Shown here in pieces: positions 54,688 through 64,000 of a stretch of 64,000 nt of DNA (position 1 is its first letter; each line of letters begins with the position of its first letter). The translations under genes and the position numbers were made by a program. This DNA comes from the human T2T-CHM13v2.0 reference genome, Homo sapiens, in assembly GCA_009914755.4 (NCBI GenBank), contig CP068257.2:704001-768000 (forward strand), in the 5' to 3' direction. The notes below the pieces were generated by a model. It was not told the DNA's origin, did no database searches, and worked only from the letters and a program-made list of their open reading frames with translations.

Positions 54688-56796
54688 CTCTGCACTGTTA
54701 ACCGAGGTGATTTAACTCTTGTCTAGGCTGTGCCCACAGGGGGATTGAGACATGTCTCTGCCATGATCCCGAGGTGATCCAACTGTTGCCTGGTCTCTGC
54801 CTACTGGGGACATTGTGACATATCTCTGCACTGATCTCCCAGGTGCTGTAATTTTAGTCTAGGCTCTGGCTACACGGCATTGTGACATATCACTGCACTG
54901 ATCACCCAGGTTATATAAATCTTGTCTAGGCTCTGCCTACAATGGCCTTGTGACATATCTCTGCACTGATCTCCCAGGTGCTGTAACTTTAGTCTAGGCT
55001 CTGGCTACACGGCATTGTGACATACCACTGCACTGATCACCCAGGTGATATAAATCTTGTCTAGGCTCTGCCTACAATGGCCTTGTGACATATCTCTGCA
55101 CTGATCACCCAGGTGATATAACTCTTCTCTAGGATCTGACCACAGGGTGCTTTGTGGCATTTCCCTGCAATGATCACCCAGGTGATATACCACTTGCCAA
55201 GGCTCTGCCTACAGGGGCATTGCAATGTATCTCTGCACTGATCACCTCGGTCTTGTAACTCTTTTCTAGGATCTGCCCACAGGGTGCCTTGTGACGTATC
55301 CCAGCAAGGATTACCCAGGTGATGTACCTCTCATCAAGGCTCTGCCTACAGGCACATTGCGATGTATCTCTGCACTGATCACCTAGGTCATGTAACTTTT
55401 GTCTGGGCTCTGCCTACGATGGCATTGTGACATATCTCTGCACTAATCATCCAAGTGATGTAACCCTTGTCTAGGATCTGCCTAAATTAACTTTGTGACA
55501 TAACCCTGTACTGATCATCCAGGTGATGGGGCTTTTGTCTAGGCTCTGCCTAAGGGGGCATTGTGACATATTTCTGCATTGATCACGCAGGTGGCGAACT
55601 CTTCTCTTGGATCTGCCTATGGGGGCATTGTGATAAATCTCTGCACTCATCACCCAGGTGATGTAACTGTTGTGTAACCTCTGCCTACAGGGGAATTGTG
55701 AGAGATCTCGCCACTGATCACGCAAGTGATGTAACCATTGTCTAGGCTTTGCGTACAGGGGGCTTTGTGACATACCTTTGCACTGATCACCCAGGTGATG
55801 TAACACATCTAAGTTCGGCCTAAAGGAGCTTTGTGACATATCTCTGCACTGATCACTTAGGTGATGGAACACTTTTATAAGCACTGCCTACAGGGAATTT
55901 TGACAAATCTCTGCACTGATCACCTAGGTGATGTAACGCTTGTCTACCCTCTGTCCAACGGGGCATTGTGAAATATCTCTGCACTGATCACCCAGGTGAT
56001 TCAACTCTTGACTAGGATCTGCCTACAGAGGTTATTGTGAAATATCTCTGCACTGATAAACTAGGTGGTGTAATACTTATCGAAGCTCTGCCTACAGGTG
56101 CGTTTTCACATATCCCTGAAGTGATGACAAAGGTGATGTAACCCTTGCCTAGGCTTTGCCTACAGGGGACATAGGACATATATCTGCACTGATCACCCAG
56201 GTGATGCAACTCTATCCTAGGCTTTGCCTACAGGGGACATTGTGACATATCGCTTCAATGATCACCCATGTGATGCAACACTTGCCTAGGCTTTGCCTAC
56301 AGGGGACATTGTGACATATCTCTGCACTGATCTCCCAGGTGCTGCAACATTAATCTAGAGTCTGGCTACACGGCATTGTGACATATCACTGCACTGATCA
56401 ACCAGGTGATATAACTCTTGTCTAGGTCCTGCCTACAGAGGGCTTGTGACATATCTCTGCACTGATCACCCAGGTGATATAACTCTTCTCTAGGATCTGC
56501 CTACAGGGTGCTTTGCGACATATCCCTGCAATGATAACCCAGGTGATCTAACTCTTGTTTAAGCTCTGCCTAAAGGGGCATTGTGACAGACCTGTGCACT
56601 GATCACTAAGGTGATGTAACTATTGTCTAGGCTCTGCTTAAAGGGGCCTTGTCACATACCTCTGCACTGATAACCCAGGTGATGTAACTCTTGTCTAGCC
56701 TCTGCTTTCACGGCATATTGTAACATATCCATTCGCAGATCACCTTAGTGATGTAACAGTTGTGTAGGCTCGGCCTACAGGGGAATATTGACATAT
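54688..56796. repeat. H29: HOR copy, 2109 bp, 31-mer, subtype f. Contains an extra monomer pair.
   Basis: Landmark at 54688, next at 56797. Two-monomer tandem duplication at 54824-55093. ORFs 55471-55884 ('MSAEIYHNAP', 'RHLRDQ') and 56012-56209 ('ASISITPP'). Confidence 0.9.
54824..55093. repeat. Tandem duplication of a monomer pair (X Y X' Y'; +135 bp) that creates the 31-mer HOR H29.
   Basis: X 54824-54890 and X' 54959-55025 both carry 'ctgatctcccaggtgctgtaa(t/c)tttagtctaggctctggctacacggc'. Y 54891-54958 and Y' 55026-55093 both carry 'cactgcactgatcacccaggt(t/g)atataaatcttg'. X and Y resemble the H23 copy at 43125-43260. X' and Y' resemble the H30 copy at 56933-57068. Confidence 0.9.
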
Positions 56797-58769
56797 CTCT
56801 GCACTGTTAACCGAGGTGATTTAACTCTTGTCTAGGCTGTGCCCACAGGGGGATTGAGACATGTCTCTGCACTGATCCCGAGGTGATCCAACTGTTGCCT
56901 GGTCTCTGCCTACTGGGGACATTGTGACATATCTCTGCACTGATCTCCCAGGTGCTGTAACTTTAGTCTAGGCTCTGGCTACACGGCATTGTGACATATC
57001 ACTGCACTGATCACCCAGGTGATATAAATCTTGTCTAGGCTCTGCCTACAATGGCCTTGTGACATATCTCTGCACTGATCACCCAGGTGATATAACTCTT
57101 CTCTAGGATCTGACCACAGGGTGCTTTGTGGCATTTCCCTGCAATGATCACCCAGGTGATATACCACTTGCCAAGGCTCTGCCTACAGGGGCATTGCAAT
57201 GTATCTCTGCACTGATCACCTCGGTCTTGTAACTCTTTTCTAGGACCTGCCCACCGGGTGCCTTGTGACGTATCCCAGCAAGGATTACCCAGGTGATGTA
57301 CCTCTCATCAAGGCTCTGCCTACAGGCACATTGCGATGTATCTCTGCACTGATCACCTAGGTCATGTAACTTTTGTCTAGGCTCTGCCTACGATGGCATT
57401 GTGACATATCTCTGCACTAATCATCCAAGTGATGTAACCGTTGTCTAGGATCTGCCTAAATTAACTTTGTGACATAACCCTGTACTGATCATCCAGGTGA
57501 TGGGGCTTTTGTCTAGGCTCTGCCTAAGGGGGCATTGTGACATATTTCTGCATTGATCACCCAGGTGGCGAACTCTTCTCTTGGATCTGCCTATGGGGGC
57601 ATTGTGACAAATCTCTGCACTGATCACCCAGGTGATATAACTGTTGTGTAACCTCTGCCTACAGGGGAATTGTGAGAGATCTCGCCACTGATCACCCAAG
57701 TGATGTAACCATTGTCTAGGCTTTGCGTACAGGGGGCTTTGTGACATACCTTTGCACTGATCACCCAGGTGATGTAACACATCTAAGTTCGGCCTAAAGG
57801 AGCTTTGTGACATATCTCTGCACTGATCACTTAGGTGATGGAACACTTTTATAAGCACTGCCTACAGGGAATTTTGACAAATCTCTGCACTGATCACCTA
57901 GGTGATGTAATGCTTGTCTACCCTCTGTCCAACGGGGCATTGTGAAATATCTCTGCACTGATCACCCAGGTGATTCAACTCTTGACTAGGATCTGCCTAC
58001 AGAGGTTATTGTGAAATATCTCTGCACTGATAAACTAGGTGGTGTAATCCTTATCGAAGCTCTGCCTACAGGTGCGTTTTCACATATCCCTGAAGTGATG
58101 ACAAAGGTGATGTAACCCTTGCCTAGGCTTTGCCTACAGGGGACATAGGACATATATCTGCACTGATCACCCAGGTGATGCAACTGTAGCCTAGGCTTTG
58201 CCTACAGGGGACATTGTGACATATCGCTTCAATGATCACCCGTGTGATGCAACTCTTGCCTAGGCTTTGCCTACAGGGGACATTGTGACATATCTCTGCA
58301 CTGATCTCCCAGGTGCTGTAACATTAGTCCAGACTCTGGCTACACGGCATTGTGACATATCACTGCACTGATCAACCAGGTGATATAACTCTTGTCTAGG
58401 CCCTGCCTACAGGGGGCTTGTGACATATCTCTGCACTGATCACCCAGGTGATATAACTCTTCTCTAGGATCTGCCTACAGGGTGCTTTGCGACATATCCC
58501 TGCAATGATCACCCAGGTGATCTAACTCTTGTTTAAGCTCTGCCTAAAGGGGCATTGTGACAGACCTCTGCACTGATCACTCAGGTGATGTAACTATTGT
58601 CTAGGCTCTGCTTAAAGGGGCCTTGTCACATACCTCTGCACTGATCACCCAGGTGATGTAACTCTTGTCTAGACTCTGTTTCACGGCATATTGTGACATA
58701 TCTATGCGCTGATCACCTTAGTGATGTAACACTTGTGTAGGCTCGGCCTACAGGGGAATATTGACATAT
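56797..58769. repeat. H30: HOR copy, 1973 bp, 29-mer, g-like subtype.
   Basis: Landmark at 56797. 'taggacctgcccaccgggtg' at ~57241, as in H24. ORFs 57445-57858 and 57986-58183. Confidence 0.85.
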
Positions 58770-60741
58770 CTCTGCACTGTTAACCGAGGTGATTTAACTC
58801 TTGTCTAGGCTGTGCCCACAGGGTGATTGAGACATGTCTCTGCACTGATCCCGAGGTGATCCAACTGTTGCCTGGTCTCTGCCTACTGGGGACATTGTGA
58901 CATATCTCTGCACTGATCTCCCAGGTGCTGTAACTTTAGTCTAGGCTCTGGCTACACGGCATTGTGACATATCACTGCACTGATCACCCAGGTGATATAA
59001 ATCTTGTCTAGGCTCTGCCTACAATGGCCTTGTGACATATCTCTGCACTGATCACCCAGGTGATATAACTCTTCTCTAGGATCTGACCACAGGGTGCTTT
59101 GTGGCATTTCCCTGCAATGATCACCCAGGTGATATACCACTTGCCAAGGCTCTGCCTACAGGGGCATTGCAATGTATCTCTGCACTGATCACCTCGGTCT
59201 TGTAACTCTTTTCTAGGATCTGCCCACAGGGTGCCTTGTGACGTATCCCAGCAAGGATTACCCAGGTGATGTACCTCTCATCAAGGCTCTGCCTACAGGC
59301 ACATTGCGATGTATCTCTGCTCTGATCACCTAAGTCATGTAACTTTTGTCTAGGCTCTGCCTACGATGGCATTGTGACAAATCTCTGCACTAATCATCCA
59401 AGTGATGTAACCCTTGTCTAGGATCTGCCTAAAGTAACTTTGTGACATAACCCTGTACTGATCATCCAGGTGATGGGGCTTTTGTCTAGGCTCTGCCTAA
59501 GGGGGCATTGTGACATATTTCTGCATTGATCACCCAGGTGGCGAACTCTTCTCTTGGATCTGCCTATGGGGGCATTGTGACAAATCTCTGCACTCATCAC
59601 CCAGGTGATGTAACTGTTGTGTAACCTCTGCCTACAGGGGAATTGGGAGAGATCTCGCCACTGATCACCCAAGTGATGTAACCATTGTCTAGGCTTTGCG
59701 TACAGGGGCTTTGTGACATACCTTTGCACTGATCACCCAGGTGATGTAACACATCTAAATTCGACCTAAAGGAGCTTTGTGACATATCTCTGCACTGATC
59801 ACTTAGGTGATGGAACACTTTTATAAGCACTGCCTACAGGGAATTTTGACAAATCTCTGCACTGATCACCTAGGTGATGTAACTCTTGTCTACCCTCTGT
59901 CCAACGGGGCATTGTGAAATATCTCTGCACTGATCACCCAGGTGATTCAACTCTTGACTAGTATCTGCCTACAGAGGTTATTGTGAAATATCTCTGCACT
60001 GATAAACTAGGTGGTGTAATCCTTATCGAAGCTCTGCCTACAGGGGCGTTTTCACATATCCCTGAAGTGATGACAAAGGTGATGTAACCCTTGCCTAGGC
60101 TTTGCCTACAGGGGATATAAGACATATATCTGCACTGATCACCCAGGTGATGCAACTCTAGCCTAGGCTTTGCCTACAGGGGACATTGTGACATATCGCT
60201 TCAATGATCACCCATGTGATGCAACAATTGCCTAGGCTTTGCCTACAGGGGACATTGTGACATAAATCTGCACTGATCTCCCAGGTGCTGTAACATTAGT
60301 CTAGACTCTGGCTACACGGCATTGTGACATGTCACTGCACTGATCAACCAGGTGATATAACTCTTGTCTAGGCCCTGCCTACAGGGGGCTTGTGACATAT
60401 CTCTGCACTGATCACCCAGGTGATATAACTCTTCTCTAGGATCTGCCTACAGGGTGCTTTGCGACATATCCCTGCAATGATCACCCAGGTGATCTAACTC
60501 TTGTTTAAGCTCTGCCTAAAGGGGCATTGTGACAGACCTCTGCACTGATCACTCAGGTGATGTAACTATTGTCTAGGCTCTGCTTAAAGGGGCCTTGTCA
60601 CATACCTCTGCACTGATCACCCAGGTGATGTAACTCTTGTCTAGACTCTGTTTCACGGCATATTGTGACATATCTATGCGCTGATCACCTTAGTGATGTA
60701 ACACTTGTGTAGGCTCGGCCTACAGGGGAATATTGACATAT
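58770..60741. repeat. H31: HOR copy, 1972 bp, 29-mer, subtype a. Copy of H26.
   Basis: Landmark at 58770. ORFs 59597-59830 and 59958-60155 are identical to 49664-49897 and 50025-50222. Confidence 0.9.
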
Positions 60742-62646
60742 CTCTGCACTGTTAACCGAGGTGATTTAACTCTTGTCTAGGCTGTGCCCACAGGGGGATT
60801 GAGACATGTCTCTGCACTGATCCCGAGGTGATCCAACTGTTGCCTGGTCTCTGCCTACTGGGGACATTGTGACATATCTCTGCACTGATCTCCCAGGTGC
60901 TGTAACTTTAGTCTAGGCTCTGGCTACACGGCATTGTGACATATCACTGCACTGATCACCCAGGTGATATAAATCTTGTCTAGGCTCTACCTACAATGGC
61001 CTTGTGACATATCTCTGCACTGATCACCCAGGTGATATAACTCTTCTCTAGGATCTGACCACAGGGTGCTTTGTGGCATTTCCCTGCAATGATCACCCAG
61101 GTGATATACCACTTGCCAAGGCTCTGCCTACAGGGGCATTGCAATGTATCTCTGCACTGATCACCTCGGTCTTGTAACTCTTTTCTAGGATCTGCCCACA
61201 GGGTGCCTTGTGACGTATCCCAGCAAGGATTACCCAGGTGATGTACCTCTCATCAAGGCTCTGCCTACAGGCACATTGCGATGTATCTCTGCTCTGATCA
61301 CCTAAGTCATGTAACTTTTGTCTAGGCTCTGCCTACGATGGCATTGTGACAAATCTCTGCACTAATCATCCAAGTGATGTAACCCTTGTCTAGGATCTGC
61401 CTAAAGTAACTTTGTGACATAACCCTGTACTGATCATCCAGGTGATGCGGCTTTTGTCTAGGCTCTGCCTAAGGGGGCATTGTGACATATTTCTGCATTG
61501 ATCACCCAGGTGGCGAACTCTTCTCTTGGATCTGCCTATGGGGGCATTGTGACAAATCTCTGCACTGATCACCCAGGTGATGTAACTGTTGTGTAACCTC
61601 TGCCTACAGGGGAATTGTGTGAGATCTCGCCACTGATCACCCAAGTGATGTAACCATTGTCTAGGCTTTGCGTACAGGGGGCTTTGTGACATACCTTTGC
61701 ACTGATCACCCAGGTGATGTAACACATCTAAGTTCGGCCTAAAGGAGCTTTGTGACATATCTCTGCACTGATCACTTAGGTGATGGAACACTTTTATAAG
61801 CACTGCCTACAGGGAATTTTGACAAATCTCTGCACTGATCACCTAGGTGATGTAACGCTTGTCTACCCTCTGTCCAACGGGGCATTGTGAAATATCTCTG
61901 CACTGATCACCCAGGTGATTCAACTCTTGACTAGGATCTGCCTACAGAGGTTATTGTGAAATATCTCTGCACTGATAAACTAGGTGGTGTAATCCTTATC
62001 GAAGCTCTGCCTGCAGGGGCGTTTTCACATATCCCTGAATTGATGACAAAGGTGATGTAACCCTTGCCTAGGCTTTGCCTACAGGGGACATAGGACATAT
62101 ATCTGCACTGATCACCCAGGTGATGCAACTCTAGCCTAGGCTTTGCCTACAGGGGACATTGTGACATATCTCTGCACTGATCTCCCAGGTGCTGTAACAT
62201 TAGTCTAGACTCTGGCTACACGGCATTGTGACATATCACTGCACTGATCAACCAGGTGATATAACTCTTGTCTAGGCCCTGACTACAGGGGGCTTGTGAC
62301 ATATCTCTGCACTGATCACCCAGGTGATATAACTCTTCTCTAGGGTCTGCCTACAGGGTGCTTTGCGACGTATCCCTGCAATGATCACCCAGGTGATCTA
62401 ACTCTTGTTTAAGCTCTGCCTAAAGGGGCATTGTGACAGACCTCTGCACTGATCACTCAGGTGATGTAACTATTGTCTAGGCTCTGCTTAAAGGGGCCTT
62501 GTCACATACCTCTGCACTGATCACCCAGGTGATGTAACTCTTGTCTAGACTCTGCTTTCACGGCATATTGTGACATATCTATGCGCTGATCACCTTAGTG
62601 ATGTAACACTTGTGTAGGCTCGGCCTACAGGGGAATATTGACATAT
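60742..62646. repeat. H32: HOR copy, 1905 bp, 28-mer, subtype d. Copy of H27.
   Basis: Landmark at 60742. ORFs 61390-61803 and 61931-62128 are identical to the H27 ORFs. Confidence 0.9.
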
Positions 62647-64000
62647 CTCTGCACTGTTAACCGAGGTGATTTAACTCTTGTCTAGGCTGTGCCCACAGGG
62701 GGTTTGAGACATGTCTCTGCACTGATCCCGAGGTGATCCAACTGTTGCCTGGTCTCTGCCTACTGGGGACATTGTGACATATCTCCGCACTGATCTCCCA
62801 GGTGCTGTAATTTTAGTCTAGGCTCTGGCTACACGGCATTGTGACATATCACTGCACTGATCACCCAGGTGATATAAATCTTGTCTAGGCTCTGCCTACA
62901 ATGACCTTGTGACATATCTCTGCACTGATCACCCAGGTGATATAACTCTTCTCTAGGATCTGACCACAGGGTGCTTTGTGGCATTTCCCTGCAATGATCA
63001 CCGAGGTGATATACCACTTGTCAGGGCTCTGCCTACAGGGGCATTGCAACGTATCTCTGCACTGATCACCACGGTCTTGTAACTCTTTTCTAGGATCTGC
63101 CCACAGGGTGCCTTGTGACGTATCCCAGCAAGGATTACCCAGGTGATGTACCTCTCATCAAGGCTCTGCCTACAGGCACATTGCGATGTATCTCTGCACT
63201 GATCACCTAGGTCATGTAACTTTTGTCTAGGCTCTGCCTACGATGGCATTGTGACATATCTCTGCACTAATCATCCAAGTGATGTAACCCTTGTCTAGGA
63301 TCTGCCTAAATTAACTTTGTGACGTAACCCTGTACTGATCATCCAGGTGATGGGGCTTTTGTCTAGGCTCTGCCTAAGGGGGCATTGTGACTTATTTCTG
63401 CATTGATCACCCAGGTGGCGAACTCTTCTCTTGGATCTGCCTATGGGGGCATTGTGACAAATCTCTGCACTGATCACCCAGGTGATGTAACTGTTGTGTA
63501 ACCTCTGCCTACAGGGGAATTGTGAGAGATCTCGCCACTGATCACCCAAGTGACGTAACCATTGTCTAGGCTTTGCGTACAGGGGGCTTTGTGACATACC
63601 TTTGCACTGATCACCCAGGTGATGTAACACATCTAAGTTCGGCCTAAAGGAGCTTTGTGACATATCTCTGCACTGATCACCTAGGTGATGGAACACTTTT
63701 ATAAGCACTGCCTACAGGGAATTTTGACAAATCTCTGCACTGATCACCTAGGTGATGTAACTCTTGTCTACCCTCTGTCCAACGGGGCATTGTGAAATAT
63801 CTCTGCACTGATCACCCAGGTGATTCAACTCTTGACTAGGATCTGCCTACAGAGGTTATTGTGAAATATCTCTGCACTGATAAACTAGGTGGTGTAATCC
63901 TTATCGAAGCTCTGCCTACAGGGGCGTTTTCACATATCCCTGAAGTGATGACAAAGGTGATGTAACTCTTGCCTAGGCTTTGCCTACAGGGGACATAGGA
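62647..64000. repeat. H33: partial HOR copy (5' 1354 bp), subtype e. Copy of H28.
   Basis: Landmark at 62647. ORF 63295-63708 is identical to 53362-53775. The copy is cut by the window end. Confidence 0.85.

Larger units (their letters stand above)
1..64000. repeat. Continuous tandem satellite array of ~68-bp monomers (about 940 copies) with a ~1.97-kb (29-monomer) higher-order repeat. Monomer resembles the primate beta satellite (Sau3A/BSR family). All monomers are in the same orientation, with no interrupting unique sequence or transposable element.
   Basis: Direct reading. 'ctctgcactg' recurs every 67-69 bp (e.g. 111, 179, 247, 315). The landmark monomer and the ORF-track entries recur every 1904-1975 bp. 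A GATC site is present in most monomers. The monomer reverse-complement begins GATCAGTGCAGAGATATGTCACAATGCCCC..., which I recall as the beta-satellite consensus. Confidence 0.9.

Noticed and set aside
54824-55093. The 135-bp extra segment in H29 as an inserted foreign or mobile sequence.
   Set aside because: It is two additional satellite monomers homologous to the neighbouring X and Y monomers, with no terminal repeats or target-site duplication.
1-64000. The ~150 minus-strand ORFs of 60-137 aa in the supplied track as protein-coding genes or a paralogous gene family (for example 692-1105, 4571-4984, 10424-10837).
   Set aside because: They are periodic with the satellite HOR. The frame rotates every 68-bp monomer, since 68 is not divisible by 3. 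They are low-complexity and interrupted by single-bp indels in otherwise identical copies. There is no recognisable domain or start context. The sequence context is eukaryotic satellite heterochromatin.
1-64000. CRISPR array (regular short direct repeats).
   Set aside because: There are no unique spacers. Adjacent units are contiguous, divergent copies of the same 68-bp monomer, the array is 64 kb or more with higher-order periodicity, and there are no cas genes. This is a satellite, not repeat-spacer architecture.
1-64000. A novel prokaryotic defence or biosynthetic system, as suggested by the prompt.
   Set aside because: No operon-like gene structure, RBS or promoter pattern, or any non-repetitive sequence exists in the window. 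Everything is explained by a tandem satellite.
1-64000. Tandem-repeat protein gene (adhesin- or mucin-like) encoded by the 68-bp repeats.
   Set aside because: A 68-bp DNA period cannot encode an in-frame amino-acid repeat. The observed peptide repeats shift frame each unit and stops occur every few monomers.
1-64000. Ribosomal DNA intergenic-spacer repeats, telomere-associated repeats or a minisatellite inside a gene.
   Set aside because: There are no rRNA-like conserved blocks, no TTAGGG or other short telomeric motif, and no flanking unique sequence. Monomer length, the GATC site and the HOR organisation fit a classical satellite instead.

Overview
The whole 64-kb window is one uninterrupted, uniformly oriented tandem satellite array. 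The basic unit is a ~68-bp monomer (67-69 bp) that nearly always carries a GATC (Sau3A/MboI) site in the motif ctgcactGATCacccaggtgatgtaac. About 940 monomers are present. From memory, this monomer matches the 68-bp primate beta satellite (BSR/Sau3A family), so this is eukaryotic, probably human or hominoid, heterochromatin. Family assignment is moderate confidence; locus assignment is not possible from sequence.

Monomers group into a ~1.97-kb higher-order repeat (HOR) of 29 monomers. Anchoring on a unique 'ctgcactgTTAACCGAGGtgatttaa' landmark monomer gives 32 complete and 2 partial HOR copies. HOR lengths observed are 1838 bp (27-mer, 1 copy), 1904/1905 bp (28-mer, 9 copies), 1972-1975 bp (29-mer, 21 copies) and 2109 bp (31-mer, 1 copy).

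HOR copies fall into about 9 sequence subtypes, labelled a-i here by diagnostic substitutions, and these subtypes recur in larger blocks:
- A ~14-kb block is duplicated at an offset of 27,424 bp, with ~99% identity between the two copies.
- A ~3.9-kb block is duplicated at an offset of 7,894 bp.
- A three-HOR module (d-e-f) occurs four times.
- A ~9.9-kb tandem super-unit [a-d-e-f-g] sits at the 3' end.

I find no credible protein-coding genes, RNA genes, transposon insertions, CRISPR arrays or prokaryotic-style systems. Every ORF in the supplied track is a translation artefact of the satellite: all are on the minus strand, they recur with HOR periodicity, and their amino-acid motifs rotate because 68 is not a multiple of 3. 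The interesting content here is the multi-level repeat architecture and the small register-shift events that generate the HOR length variants, not a novel gene system.
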